Position numbers and translations under genes: made by a program
In this document: one piece after another, positions 1 to 11,699 of the stretch
Position numbering within the stretch: position 1 is the first letter of the stretch
Layout: each line of letters opens with the position of its first letter
Assembly (NCBI GenBank): GCA_016748015.1
Contig: JAAOMT010000706.1
Span: forward strand, 296,764 to 360,763
Length of the DNA stretch: 64,000 nucleotides
Direction: 5' to 3'
DNA from: Geosiphon pyriformis uo1
Lineage: Eukaryota; Fungi; Glomeromycota
The notes under the pieces: model-generated
What the model was told of the DNA's origin: nothing
Seen by the model: the letters and a program-made list of their open reading frames with translations, nothing else
The model's database searches: none

Positions 1-1450
1 ATCAATAATATGGATGTGGCCAAGTGGGTACGTTTCAAAGAACTTTCTTTGGCTAGTCTGGTTACATCTCTGGGTTGCTTTTTGGTCACTAAAGAAAAGA
101 AAGATTTGGATGAGATGTGAGAAGTGTTGAAAAGTGCAGTGTGTAATTCGGCTAATGAGATATTTTCCAAACATTGGTTTAGTGAGTTTGATTGTCCAAA
201 AAACAGACAGTCTTTAAGATTTTTCAAATTGAAGTCTTTAATAGCTAAGGTTATGAAATATGTGTTCACAAGTTAATTCTTGGAATTTGATTGTTTTATA
301 CAGATTTGGTTGACTCTTAATAATGCTGAGGCCTCTAAGTTTATTGCCTTGTATCATGGTAAGCTTAGATCAACTGTGCTACTTAAACATTTGTCCAGAG
401 CTAAGAAAAGTTATCATAAGTCCAAATACTATAAGGCAGAGATAGCAAAAAATGGACACATCAGGGATGCAATTGATAAGTGAATGGAAAATTTTGTTTC
501 AAATAAAGGAAATATGATCAGGAATGTCTTGGAATGGCCATTCTGCAAAGTTATTCTAGATCATTTGGTGGTTGGAGATGAGCTGATTGTGGAGCCTGGT
601 GAGATAAGATCCAAAGTGAATGAGATCATGGTGAATTGGACTCATAAGTGAAGGGTGTTTCCAGTCTTACCTGCCCTTTGGGCTTGCCAATACAGTCCTT
701 TGGAGTATGTTGACAATGATGCTTTCTTGAAAGTAATGTGTGATATTAGTCTAGGTGAGTTATCTTCAGTGGTTAGTGATTTATCTGATAGTAAGGCTGC
801 TGGTCTTTCTGATATACCTAATGAATTTTGGAAGTGCTGTGGGAATAAGATGATGACATATTTTCTGGATCTGTTAAATTCTTACTTGATGATAAGTGAT
901 GTTTTTATAACTTGGAAGAGAGCTTGGATTTCTATGATTTCCAAGCCCTATGACTGGGATAGAGTTCTAACCAATACAAGGCCAATTGCACTCATAGAGA
1001 CAGCAAGGAAGATCTTGTCTAAGGTGTTATCTAATCATATCTCGTCTGCATATAACAAGTGTGGCATTCTACATGGTGACAATTTTTTAGTCTTAAGAGG
1101 CACTTCAACTCAGTCTCCAATTTTTGCTGTGGATTCAGTCATTAAAGATGCTTTGAAAAAGGATCATGAAATTTGGCTGGTCTTACAGGATATGCACAAA
1201 GTCTATAACTCTATCAGTTGGCATCATTTGAAATTGAGCTTAGAGCATATCAAAATGTGTAGCAAATTTATAAAATTTTTTGGTAATATCCATAAAAACA
1301 AATACAACAAGATAATAACTGACTTTGGTCTCTCTGATGGCTACTTGGTTCATGATGGTTTGGATCAGGGAAAAGTTTTTTCCCTGCTCCTTAGAGAATT
1401 TTTTATGACTTTTTGTTGTGTAAGGTTAAGAAACAGGAACATTTGTGTGG
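1..1450 (+). pseudogene. LINE ORF2, N-terminal half of RT (disrupted)
   Basis: ORF 655-1494 with non-LTR RT domains 0-4; stops upstream. Confidence 0.9.
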
Positions 1451-2277
1451 TGTTACTCATAGAATATAGGAAATATAATATTATTAGTCAGTAGATATTA
1501 GCCAATCAGATGTAGATATAGTAAATGTGGAATTCCAGGATTCCTCTCAGAGGAATTGCAGGATTCCAGGAATTTCAGAATTTCCCGACAAGGAATCGCA
1601 GGATTCTAAGAATTCCAGGATTCCTAGTGCAAGAAATGGAGGAATTGAGGAATCTTAATTATGTATATATAGCAGTAAGATTAAAAGCTGAAAAGACAGA
1701 CCTCTCCATTTTAGATTTAATCTAAGCAACTCTCCAAATCACAATCATCTAAATAAATTACTATTTGTTATCCCAAAATTCACATCTACTATCAACTATT
1801 TATGTTGATAATAATTGATACTTAACCACATTGGAACAATAGCTCTTGATTATGGCTATTGACGGGATACTAACTTTGTAAATTGTCTTGGTTTATTGCT
1901 TTAGATTTCTTTATTTTCTTTAATTTTCTTTGATTTTGTTACTTTGTACTAACCAAGTGATTAAAAAGCGCTGATTATTGACATCAAAAATTGCCTGGTA
2001 AAAGACTTCTGCAAGTGGGTAGAACATATACAGAAGTTATGAATTACTTACCAGAAGATTACTGGCCACCAAGCCGAGAAAAGAATTGACAGACTTGCAA
2101 GTCTGGGAAGCTATGGATAAAACAATCATTGAATCTCTATCCATTATACAAAGGACTCATTTGGAAAACCTTTAGATATCAACCACTTAAAGATATTATC
2201 AACAACACAAGTAGCTTTTGAGCACCAAGTTACGAATTTGTTATTTGATTTGAGACCCCAAATAATTAACTATAACA
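1451..2277 (+). repeat. 5' LTR of element A (827 bp)
   Basis: TGTTACTCAT...TATAACA; direct repeat of 10830-11695. Confidence 0.95.
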
Positions 2278-2279
2278 TT

Positions 2280-2292
2280 TAGTGCTCCCTGT
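2280..2292 (+). promoter_or_regulatory. Primer-binding site (decayed TGGTGCTC-type)
   Basis: TAGTGCTCCC two bases after the LTR; the family B copies have TGGTGCTC at the same position. Confidence 0.7.
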
Positions 2293-2299
2293 GAAGTAT

Positions 2300-4110
2300 A
2301 ATTCTACAGAGAACCAGCACCAACAAACACCATCCAAAAGTGGCAGAATCAGAAAATATAGGAGCAAACCATTTAGGATTCACGAAATCTTTATTTTAAC
2401 ACTATTGTCAACACTTGGAATTAAACCACATTCATATATCTACTGAATCAGTCTTTAATTTCTACATCAATAAAAAGATTTCCTCTTTGTTAGAAACACC
2501 AGTAAATACTGAATCAGCAAGGAAAACTTTCTACAAAGAATTAATCCAAAACACCAACCTACCAACAAATCATAATTTCGCATCCATTATCACTGAAATC
2601 AACAAAAAAATTGAACATCACACCCAACAAAGATATCCAATTACATATGCTAGTAAAGGCAAAGGAAAACTACAAACACCAACAGTAACTCCCAAAAAGA
2701 TACAACTACCTACTTGGAAAAAGACAAAGGTTGAATCACCAACCAATTCATCTTATTACTACACATTCAGAAGTGCCATCAACATTTTATCAACAGGTGC
2801 ATCCACATCAAATGTGACATCAGCATTTGGACAATTCTCATTCCAAAGTAAACAAAGGAAAACTGAATTATTAAGACCATACGGCGAATACTTTGAAGAA
2901 TTTAAATTACAATTACCAACACCATTAGGAATTTGATTACCACCACCTCAACCAGACTTTAGAACTGCTACCCCATGAAAACTATTTGAAGAAGAGGAAG
3001 AAGAGTCAGACAATCAAGAATTTACTTATCAGAACCCGATCACTGAAAACCTAGAAGTTAAATCACTGAATTTTCAAACCCAGCAAAATTTAAATTTAGA
3101 AAACCCAGAAATTAAAACTCTGAATATTCAACCACCATCAAATCAGAACAATCAGAACCCCAATTTAATTAATCAACCAGACTTACTTCTTGTTGTTGTT
3201 ATTAACCCACCACCAGTTGAACTGATTGGCCAGCTATCACAACAACCACACCAGCAGATTCAACAGCCATTAGTACTACTTCAACAACCACCACAACCCA
3301 ACTTAAATTTAATGGCATACGCACCAATAGCCAAACTTGAGAGATTCACTGGTGAAGAGGACAACGCTCAAGCCTAGATCAACGACGTCACCAAAGCAAT
3401 CACTGTCAATAACTGGGATGACACCAGAACCATGCAAGTTATCCCCTATTTTCTCAAAGACATGGCAGACTCTTGGTATCACAGTCTAGCCCAGAAATCT
3501 CAAAACTTTAATGCCTTCAAGTTAAAATTTTTGAGGTATTTTAATGATAACAACAGCATTAACCGCTTGGCAAGTACTTTCACCACCATCAAACAAGGAA
3601 ACACAAAAGCAGTCACCACTTATTTGGGATGCTTCCATAGAAATCTGCACCAAATTCAGGCAATCCAAGCCAACTACTTTACAGCACCACAGATCTTGAA
3701 CCAATTTATCTGAGGATTGTGCAGTAGCATCCTCCAGCAAGTATGTTCAATGCATCCAATTGATCTCCCAACTACTATGACTCATGCCAGAGATTTTGAA
3801 GCTGCCAAGTTAGAAGCTAACCACACCCAAGCTGTAAATTTAGTAATGAATAGATCATCTGACCTGGATTCCAAGCTAAAACAATTCAGTGACAACATCA
3901 ATCAGAAACTAGAGGGCTACTTAGCTAACAATTATACAATTTATTAACCACCACAATGACATAATGATTTAAAAAACACGAATTGTTTCCAGAATCAATC
4001 ATGTCCAGGATTGTCCACTAATCAGTCATGACAGCCTGAAATGCATGTCTGCTACAACTGTGGTAAACAAGGGCATATTAGGACAAACTGCCATACTTAT
4101 AGCAACCCAT
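2300..4110 (+). pseudogene. gag of element A (N-terminal extension, retrotransposon gag/capsid domain, CCHC knuckle)
   Basis: YAPIAKLERFTGEED...QVIPYFLKDMADSWY; CYNCGKQGHIRTNC near 4050-4092; many in-frame stops. Confidence 0.85.
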
Positions 4111-4719
4111 AATCAGAAAATCATTATCGAAACCCCGATTGCCAGGTTCAAACTCCGAATCACCAATCCAATTAAGAGCAATATCAAAACGCTTACTTGC
4201 CTATAACACAACAACCAATTTATTAGTCAACAATATATCAACTGCCAATTTATCAGTCACAGCCACCAACAATTTATCAACCACAGCCACAAGTCATTTA
4301 TTAGCCGCAGCCTCAAGTAATTTATCAATCCCAACAAGTTCAAATGCCACACCAAAATTCAGCTACAATGACATCAGGAAACCTAAGATCCAGAATCACC
4401 CAAAACTGGAGATTAGCAATGGTTGTTAATCAACTGATTCCCAGTTCATTAGGCCAACAATCAGGATTTCATTGGTGGAATTCAGGTTTTGGTTTCACCC
4501 AAAACCCAAACTCCCAGAACTATTTAAGTCTCCTGGTTATCCCAGAAGATGTCACTTCCAACAATCCAGAATTCGATCAACAACTGACAATACTTACCAA
4601 CAACATCCTATCAGCAATCATCACCAATGACAAGTCTTTAGCAGCCATCTTTCTGTTTGAACTCGAGGAAGTTACGTCAGTCTCCTTATTTAGTAGAGCA
4701 GCTTTGGAAGAAAAACCCA

Positions 4720-5100
4720 TTACTGCCATGTACACTAATGCGAAAGTTGATGGCCACTCTATCAAACTAATTCTTGACAATGGCTCAGCAGGCAGCATCA
4801 TCACATGACAACTTATGAATCAATTGAGTCGTTGAGTTGATCAAGCTGCCAGCACTAAAATCATCACTGCCAATGGTGTCACAAAAACGCCTATTGGTAA
4901 AATCAACAACTTTCCAATTGAAGTTAATGGCATCATTACTCTCATCAAAGTCTTGATGATGGAAGTAACCCAATATCAAGCACTAGTGGGCAATGATTGG
5001 TTGTCTAAAAACAATGCTGTTCTTGACTGGACCACACAGAAGCTCCAGCTCAGCCAAAATAGCCAACACACACAAGTACTGGCAACGTGTGGCCATTTTA
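4720..5100 (+). pseudogene. Aspartic protease of element A
   Basis: AMYTNAKVDGHSIKLILDNGSAGSII ... ALVGNDWL. Confidence 0.88.
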
Positions 5101-6461
5101 AACCTAACAATGCCACGACATCAGTGCCGCTTATCGACCTCGAAAAGGAAAAACTAAAGCCTACTTGGAAGGCGTACCAAGTATCATGAGTTGACATCGA
5201 CCACAACAAACTGCTGCCAATACTCACCTGGGACAATGATAACAATGGAAAGGAGGAATAAGGAAAAGAACCTACTTGTGGAATCACTATTGATGCTTGG
5301 ACTGACGACAAAGACCACCATGAGCTACCACCAATACTATTGTGGGACAACAACCCCAAGGGAAAGCAAAGAAAGAAACTGACCTGGGAAATGGACAACC
5401 TGACCTGGACTGACAACAATAAAAGGGAACTGACACCAAGTTGGGAATAGGAAGAAAGCAACAAAGAGAAAAGAAAAGTAAAAGAAGAAGAGCCACTGCC
5501 AACAAACCCGTATTCCTCCTATCAACACACAACACCACAACAATTTACCTATTGCCAACCCAAACTAGTGTGCGTCAATTGTGACAAGAAATTGTCATCA
5601 ATAGACACATGCTGTGGCGACGATGAAGAATATCAGACAGCAACCAAGTTTTATTGCTGTGCATGCCTCGTTGAACATTTTGGAAGACCAAAACAAGTGG
5701 GAAAATAGGATAATACACCATGTTTAGCCTGTGGAGAAACTCTCTTTGATGAAGAAATGTGAAACAACATTCCTGAGAAAGGAAGAACATGCAATGTTTT
5801 CTGCTAATACACAATTCTCATCAGCAACTGGGTCAAAAAAAAGACACCAATAGAAGCTGCCTGGAGAAGAACTGTACAGTAATTAGACAGTTGTTCACAT
5901 GACGACAATGAATTATGATGAATGGCAATTGCCAACATTGAAGGCGCGTTACCAGAAGAAATCAGGACAATTAAAAACAACTTACCAAAACCCATTGAGC
6001 TTGACTGGAATACAGAGCCAGTCATAAATTTTCTGGAACCAGAAGAGTTTTATAAACACTACCAAAACTTGGCATCCACTAGAGAGGAGCAAAAACAATG
6101 ACTAGTATAATTGAATACAAGACTGTGTCACCATTGTTTAATTCCCAGTAACTTTGAATATTGTGACAATTGTGACCTTATTTATAATCTACCACCATGC
6201 ATGATCTACACAATCCCTGAAGAGAAAAAATCAATCAGCAGCTGCACATTGGAGTTGGAATCACTGTTCAATCCTGATTCAAACTCTGACAACGATGATG
6301 ACGAGAATAATGGTTCCAGCTCCATTCAAAATGGCAATAACAATGACAATAATATCAACTCAGATTCAAACTCCAACTCAAACTATGAACAATATATTGC
6401 ACTTTCTAACCTCACCAAGGAACAAGAACTGAAATGGTTCAGCAATAATAATAAAGGTATT

Positions 6462-6857
6462 ATGCCAGAACATGTGCATAATACTAATGCTGGATTTGAC
6501 TTGAAATATCCAAGAAAAGATGTCATTAAATTGGAACCATATTCATGCATCTGCATTGATCTGAAAATAGTGCTGGAAATCCCAGCAACAACAATGGTTC
6601 AACTAGCATCCCGGAATAGTTTAGCAAAAAAAGGGATTAATATAAGAGGAAAAATAATTAATGCAGGATATGTAGGAAATATCATCGCCATGTTACAAAA
6701 TAACTCAGAAAAAGCCTATATAATAGAGCCAAACGAAAAGATAGCACAGGCAATATTCTTACCTTTGGTTAAGATAGCTCAGTTAGTACCAGTGGGAAAC
6801 AGAGAAGAGTTAGGAATAACAGCAAGAGGGATACAGGGATTTGGGTCAACGGGTAGA
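6462..6857 (+). pseudogene. dUTPase domain within pol of element A
   Basis: All five trimeric dUTPase motifs in ORF 6111-7514: AGFDL, ASRNSLA, GKIINAGYVG, KIAQAI, RGIQGFGSTG. Confidence 0.93.
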
Positions 6858-7309
6858 ATAGATGTATCAGTTAATATAACAGAGGAAGAAATTGTTGGCC
6901 AAGGAGAAATTATCTCAACTGGTCAAGCTATTTCCATTCTACCATATAGCCAGTACATGCTAGCAATAGAAAGGAAGGAAAAGGAGCAAGAACAGATTTT
7001 TGAAGCTGAAGTAAACCTTTGTGAATCAGGAGAGATTGGAATGATCAATCTCTACATACCAGCCAAAAGCTATAGCCGCATAAAAATTTCTATCTACAAC
7101 AACACTGACAATGTTATCAACATACCAGAAGGAACCACCATCGGATATTTAACCACAGAAATAGAAGACCAACCACCAAACCCCATTCCAGACTTTTCAC
7201 AACTTTGTGGATATGTTGACATTACATCACAAACAATCTATAGACGAGACAAATGTTATTTGCTCCAATCAGAACAATTAGAACAAATGAACATGGGAAA
7301 TCTAGACTC

Positions 7310-8670
7310 ACTACAATGTATGCAGCTCAAGATGTTACTCAACAATTTTAATGACATCTTTGCCAGCAAAATGAGTTTGGCCGAACTGATATTATCCAGC
7401 ATCAGATCAAGACTGGAGATGCAATGCCAATTAAACAGCGAGCATACAGAGTACCACCAGCCAGCCATGAAATCATTTGTCAAGAGATCAACTAAATACT
7501 TGACAATGGGTTAATTCAGCCATCAATGAGCCCATGGTTATTACCAGTAGTACTTATCCATAAGAAGAATAGAAAAATCCAATTTTGTGTGGACTACAGG
7601 AAACTCAATGATGTAACTCGTGGAGACAGCTATCCAATGCCACAGATACAAGAACTATTTAACACTTTTGGTGGAAACAAATGGTTCTCAATGTTAGACT
7701 TGGATAGTGGTTACTGGCAAGTAGCCATGGATCCAGTTGACAAAGAAAAAACAGCATTCATCACAAGAAAGGGAAATTTTGAATTTGAAGTCATGCCATT
7801 CGGCTTGATGAATGCTTCAGCCACATTTCAACAGTTAATGGAAATAGTATATACCGGCTTATTATGGAAATCAGTAGTAGTTTATCTGGATGACACCAAT
7901 GTGTTTTCCAAAATCTTTGACAACCATCTACATTATCTCCATCAAGTGTTTGAAAGACTACAATAAGCAGGATTAAAATTGAATACAACAAAATGTTTCT
8001 TTGGCAAAACAGAACTCAAGTTTTTGGGGCATATAGTGAGCCAAGATGGCATCAAAATGGATCCAGATAAGATAGAGATAGTAAAAAAATTTCCGGTACC
8101 AACCAACATGACTAAGTTAAAATCATTTTTGGGATTTGTAGGCTACTATCGCCGCTTTATCAAAGACTTTTCTAAGATAGTACAGCCACTCAATCAACTC
8201 CAAACCAAGAATGTAAAATATGAATAGACTAAAACCCAGCAAAAAGCTTTTGCCATTTTAAGATAAAAGCTTATTCAAGCTCCAGTATTGATCTATTCAG
8301 ATCATAGCAAATTATTCATCATTACCACTGATGCATTAGGCCAAGCATTGGGAGCAGTACTATCTCAGAGAGGACCAGATGAAAAAGAACATCCAGTCAT
8401 ATATGCCAGCCAAGGTTTAACACCAGCCAAAAAAAACTATAGAACACCAGAATTAGAACATTTAGCAATCTATTGGGCAGTTATGAAATGGAAAGAATAC
8501 TTGAGCCAAAAGTTTGAGGTATACACAGACCACAAAGGATTGACATTACTCCAAAAACAAAAATTTGGAGATGGAAGACAGTTAAGATAGAAAATGGCAC
8601 TTTTGCCATATACTTATATCATATATTATAAAAAAGGAAAAGACAATGGAAATGCTGATGGTTTGTCATA
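7310..8670 (+). pseudogene. Reverse transcriptase and RNase H of element A
   Basis: FCVDYRKLN, LDLDSGYWQ, MPFGL, YLDD, FLGHIVS; TDALGQALGAVL, ELEHLAI, YTDHKGL. Confidence 0.95.
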
Positions 8671-8749
8671 AATGAGACAAATCTAGGAACATTTTGACCC
8701 AAAAATATAACAAAACTGGAACAATACCAATGAAAAATAGAACAAAAAA

Positions 8750-10010
8750 ATAAACACACAAAAATACCAACAACTTCAACATTATATAAATACTCAACAG
8801 TTCAAGGAGAAATTATCTCAACTAGAACAAAAAAGGATCAAACAACAATCAAAATATTTTATCACTTACCAAAATAGACTTTATCGGAAAAACAGAAAAG
8901 ATTCAGATCAACCAATCAGAGTAATTACAGAACTGAAAAAAGAGACAATACTGTTTAACATGTACTCAGATTCAACTACAGGACATTTTCATAAAGAAGC
9001 AATCATAGAAAGAACCAGACAGAGATACTATTGGCCATCAATATATCCAGATATCATACAATATGTGCAAAAATGTGATGCTTGTCAAAGAAAAGGAGGA
9101 ACAAAACCTAGTGAACCATTAAGACCAATCAAAGTGGGACAACTATTTGACTGCATTGGAATCAATTTAGTTGGACCATTGACAATTACCAGCAGAGGCA
9201 ACAGATATATTGCAATAGCTATGGACTATTTTACTAAATGGCCAGAAGCAAAAGCAATTTAAAGAGCGGATGCAGAATTCATTGCCGAATTCATTCATCA
9301 AGAGTTAATCTGCTGACATGGATGTCTAAAAGAATTATTGTCAGATCAAGGAACTCACTTTGTGAACAGAACACTAGCAGAACTAAGTCAAAGATTTGGA
9401 GTTAAGAGACCATTGTTATCACCATACTATTCACAAACCAATGGATTAGTTGAAAGATTCAATAGAACACTGTGTGAAGCAGTTGCCAAGATCAGTCAAA
9501 AAAACCAAGATGAATGAGATTTGTTTATATCATTAATACTATTTGCTTATCGGACAATGAAGCAAGACACTACACAAGCAACACCATTTGAATTAGTATA
9601 TGGTAGAACAGCAACACTACCAGTTGAGATAGAAGTCAACACTTATCTAACAGAACCAATAACTGTAGACAATTTTCAGGAAACGTTACTAAGAAGAACA
9701 TATGATTTGATGAAAACTCTAGAAAACAAGCGATGAAGAGCAGCTGATAACATTAAAAAGGCATAAGAAAAACAAAAAGAGAGGCACAATAACCAACTGC
9801 CAAACAAACCAGTTAAATTCAAGATTAGAGACAAAGTACTTTTACATCGCACTAAAGCGGAAAAACAATGGAGTAAGAAATTTGACTTTAAATGGGACAA
9901 ACCATTTCACATAGAAGAAATTCTAGGAAATAGAGCTTACAAATTAAGACTGAACAACAGAATCTTAGCCAAAGCAGCACATAGTGATTGACTGAAACCA
10001 TATCACCAAA
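8750..10010 (+). pseudogene. Integrase of element A (HHCC, core, GPY/F-like); no chromodomain seen
   Basis: GHFH...YYWP...CDACQ; NLVGPL, DYFTKWPEA, SDQGTHF, QTNGLVERFN, WDKPFHI. Confidence 0.93.
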
Positions 10011-10156
10011 TAGCATCAGCATCTACAAATAACATTCTACAACTGAGAGTACAAAGAATACTAGTCCAACCAAATGAGATTTTACGAGACCTGGAACCAA
10101 TTATTATTATTAACAATAACACGTTCAATTGATTGACAAAAAGAATATATAAAAAC

Positions 10157-10816
10157 ATGGTCGACATGACAAAAGAGATCAGAAAAATGGAAATTATAGA
10201 CAATATCTATTTACTAGCCCAACAAATTTTTCAATTAATCCAACACCAGGAAATAGAAATTACAATTAATTAACAAACTATTCATTACAAAAATATAGCA
10301 AAGAAACCACAACAGAAAGCACAAAAAAGACTTGAAAATGTTGTTGAAAAGATTATGACCAAGATAAAATTGGCCATAAAAAAACAACAAATAGTTGGAT
10401 TGTATCAAGAACTTACCAGAGAAACTTGGACTTGGTGGATGCAACAATTTCTGAAAAACTATTGTCATTTTCACTTGGGACAACACATAAATATCCAGAA
10501 TTTGTACACCAACAAAACAAAATGGTTATTTAACACAACAATACTGAGACAATTAGAACAATTTGTGGAAAAGAACAATCTAAACACACAAGCTCGAGCC
10601 ATTTACTGGCTATATATGGGATTTCAAGACTGACCAGAAATCTTACTTAACACAGCAATAAATACAGTTACGAGTAATCAATTGAAAAAACTGACCAACA
10701 CCCAATTTGAAGAACTACAAACTAAAATAACACAAATAATACTTGAAAAAAAAGTTCAGGAAATAATTTAAAAAGAGAAATTAAAAGAATTAAATTTTGA
10801 CAGAGCTCAATATTAA
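10157..10816 (+). pseudogene. Extra 3' ORF (about 220 codons) of unknown function between integrase and PPT
   Basis: ATG at 10157 in frame with ORF 10355-10633, continuing past a TGA to near the PPT; homologous segments in families B and C. Confidence 0.7.
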
Positions 10817-10829
10817 AAGGAGGAAATAA
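10815..10829 (+). promoter_or_regulatory. Polypurine tract of element A
   Basis: AAAAGGAGGAAATAA abutting the 3' LTR. Confidence 0.8.
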
Positions 10830-11695
10830 TGTTACTCATAGAATATAGAAAATATAGTATTATTAGTCAGTAGATATTAGCCAATCAGATATAGACGTAG
10901 TAAATATGGAATTCCAGGATTCCTCTTAGAGGAATTGCAGGATTCCAGGAATTTCAGAATTCCCCGATGAGGAATCACAGGATTCCAGAATTCCAGGATT
11001 CCTTTTATCAGGAATCACAGGATTCCAAGAATTCCAGAATTCCTGGTGCAAATAATAGAGAAATTGAGGAATTTCAATTATGTATATATAGCAGTAAGAT
11101 TAAAAGCTGAAAAGACAGACCTCTCTATTTTAGATTTAATCTAAGCAACTCTCCAAATCACAATCATCTAAATAAATAACTATTTGTTATCCCAAAACTC
11201 ACATCTACTATTAACTATTCATGTTGATAGTAATTGATACTTAATCACATTGAAACAATAGCTCTTGATCACGGCTATTAACGGGATACTAACTTTGCAA
11301 ATCGCCTTGGCTTATTGCTTTAGATTTCTTTATTTTCTTTAATTTTCTTTGATTTTGTTACTTTGCACTAACCAAGTGATTAAAAAGTGCTGATTACTGA
11401 TGTCAAAGATTGTCTGGTAAAAGACCCCTATGAATGGGTAGGACATGTACAGAAGTTATGGGATACTTACCAAAGGATTGCTAGTCACCAAGCCAAGAAA
11501 AGAATTAACAGACTTGCAAGTCTGGGAAGCTACAGATAAAACAACCATTAAATCTCTGTTTATTATACAAAGAACTCATTTGGAAAACCTTCAGATACCA
11601 ACCACTTAAAGATATTATCAACAACACGAATAGCTTTTGAGCACCAAGTTATGGGTTTATTATTTAATTTGAGACCCAAATAATCAATTATAACA
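10830..11695 (+). repeat. 3' LTR of element A (866 bp; one extra ~39-bp repeat unit)
   Basis: Direct repeat of 1451-2277. Confidence 0.95.
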
Positions 11696-11699
11696 GTAG

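Larger units (their letters stand above)
1451..11695 (+). mobile_element. Full-length Ty3/Gypsy LTR retrotransposon, family A (decayed), dUTPase-bearing
   Basis: Paired LTRs TGTTA...TAACA, 4-bp TSD GTGG/GTAG, PBS, PPT, domain order gag-PR-dUTPase-RT-RH-IN. Confidence 0.96.

Noticed and set aside
1529-1650. CRISPR-like appearance of the palindromic GGAATTCC repeats
   Set aside because: No unique spacers, eukaryotic context, and the array lies inside both LTRs.
10157-10816. Extra ORF as an envelope gene
   Set aside because: No signal peptide, transmembrane segment or furin/fusion motif visible.
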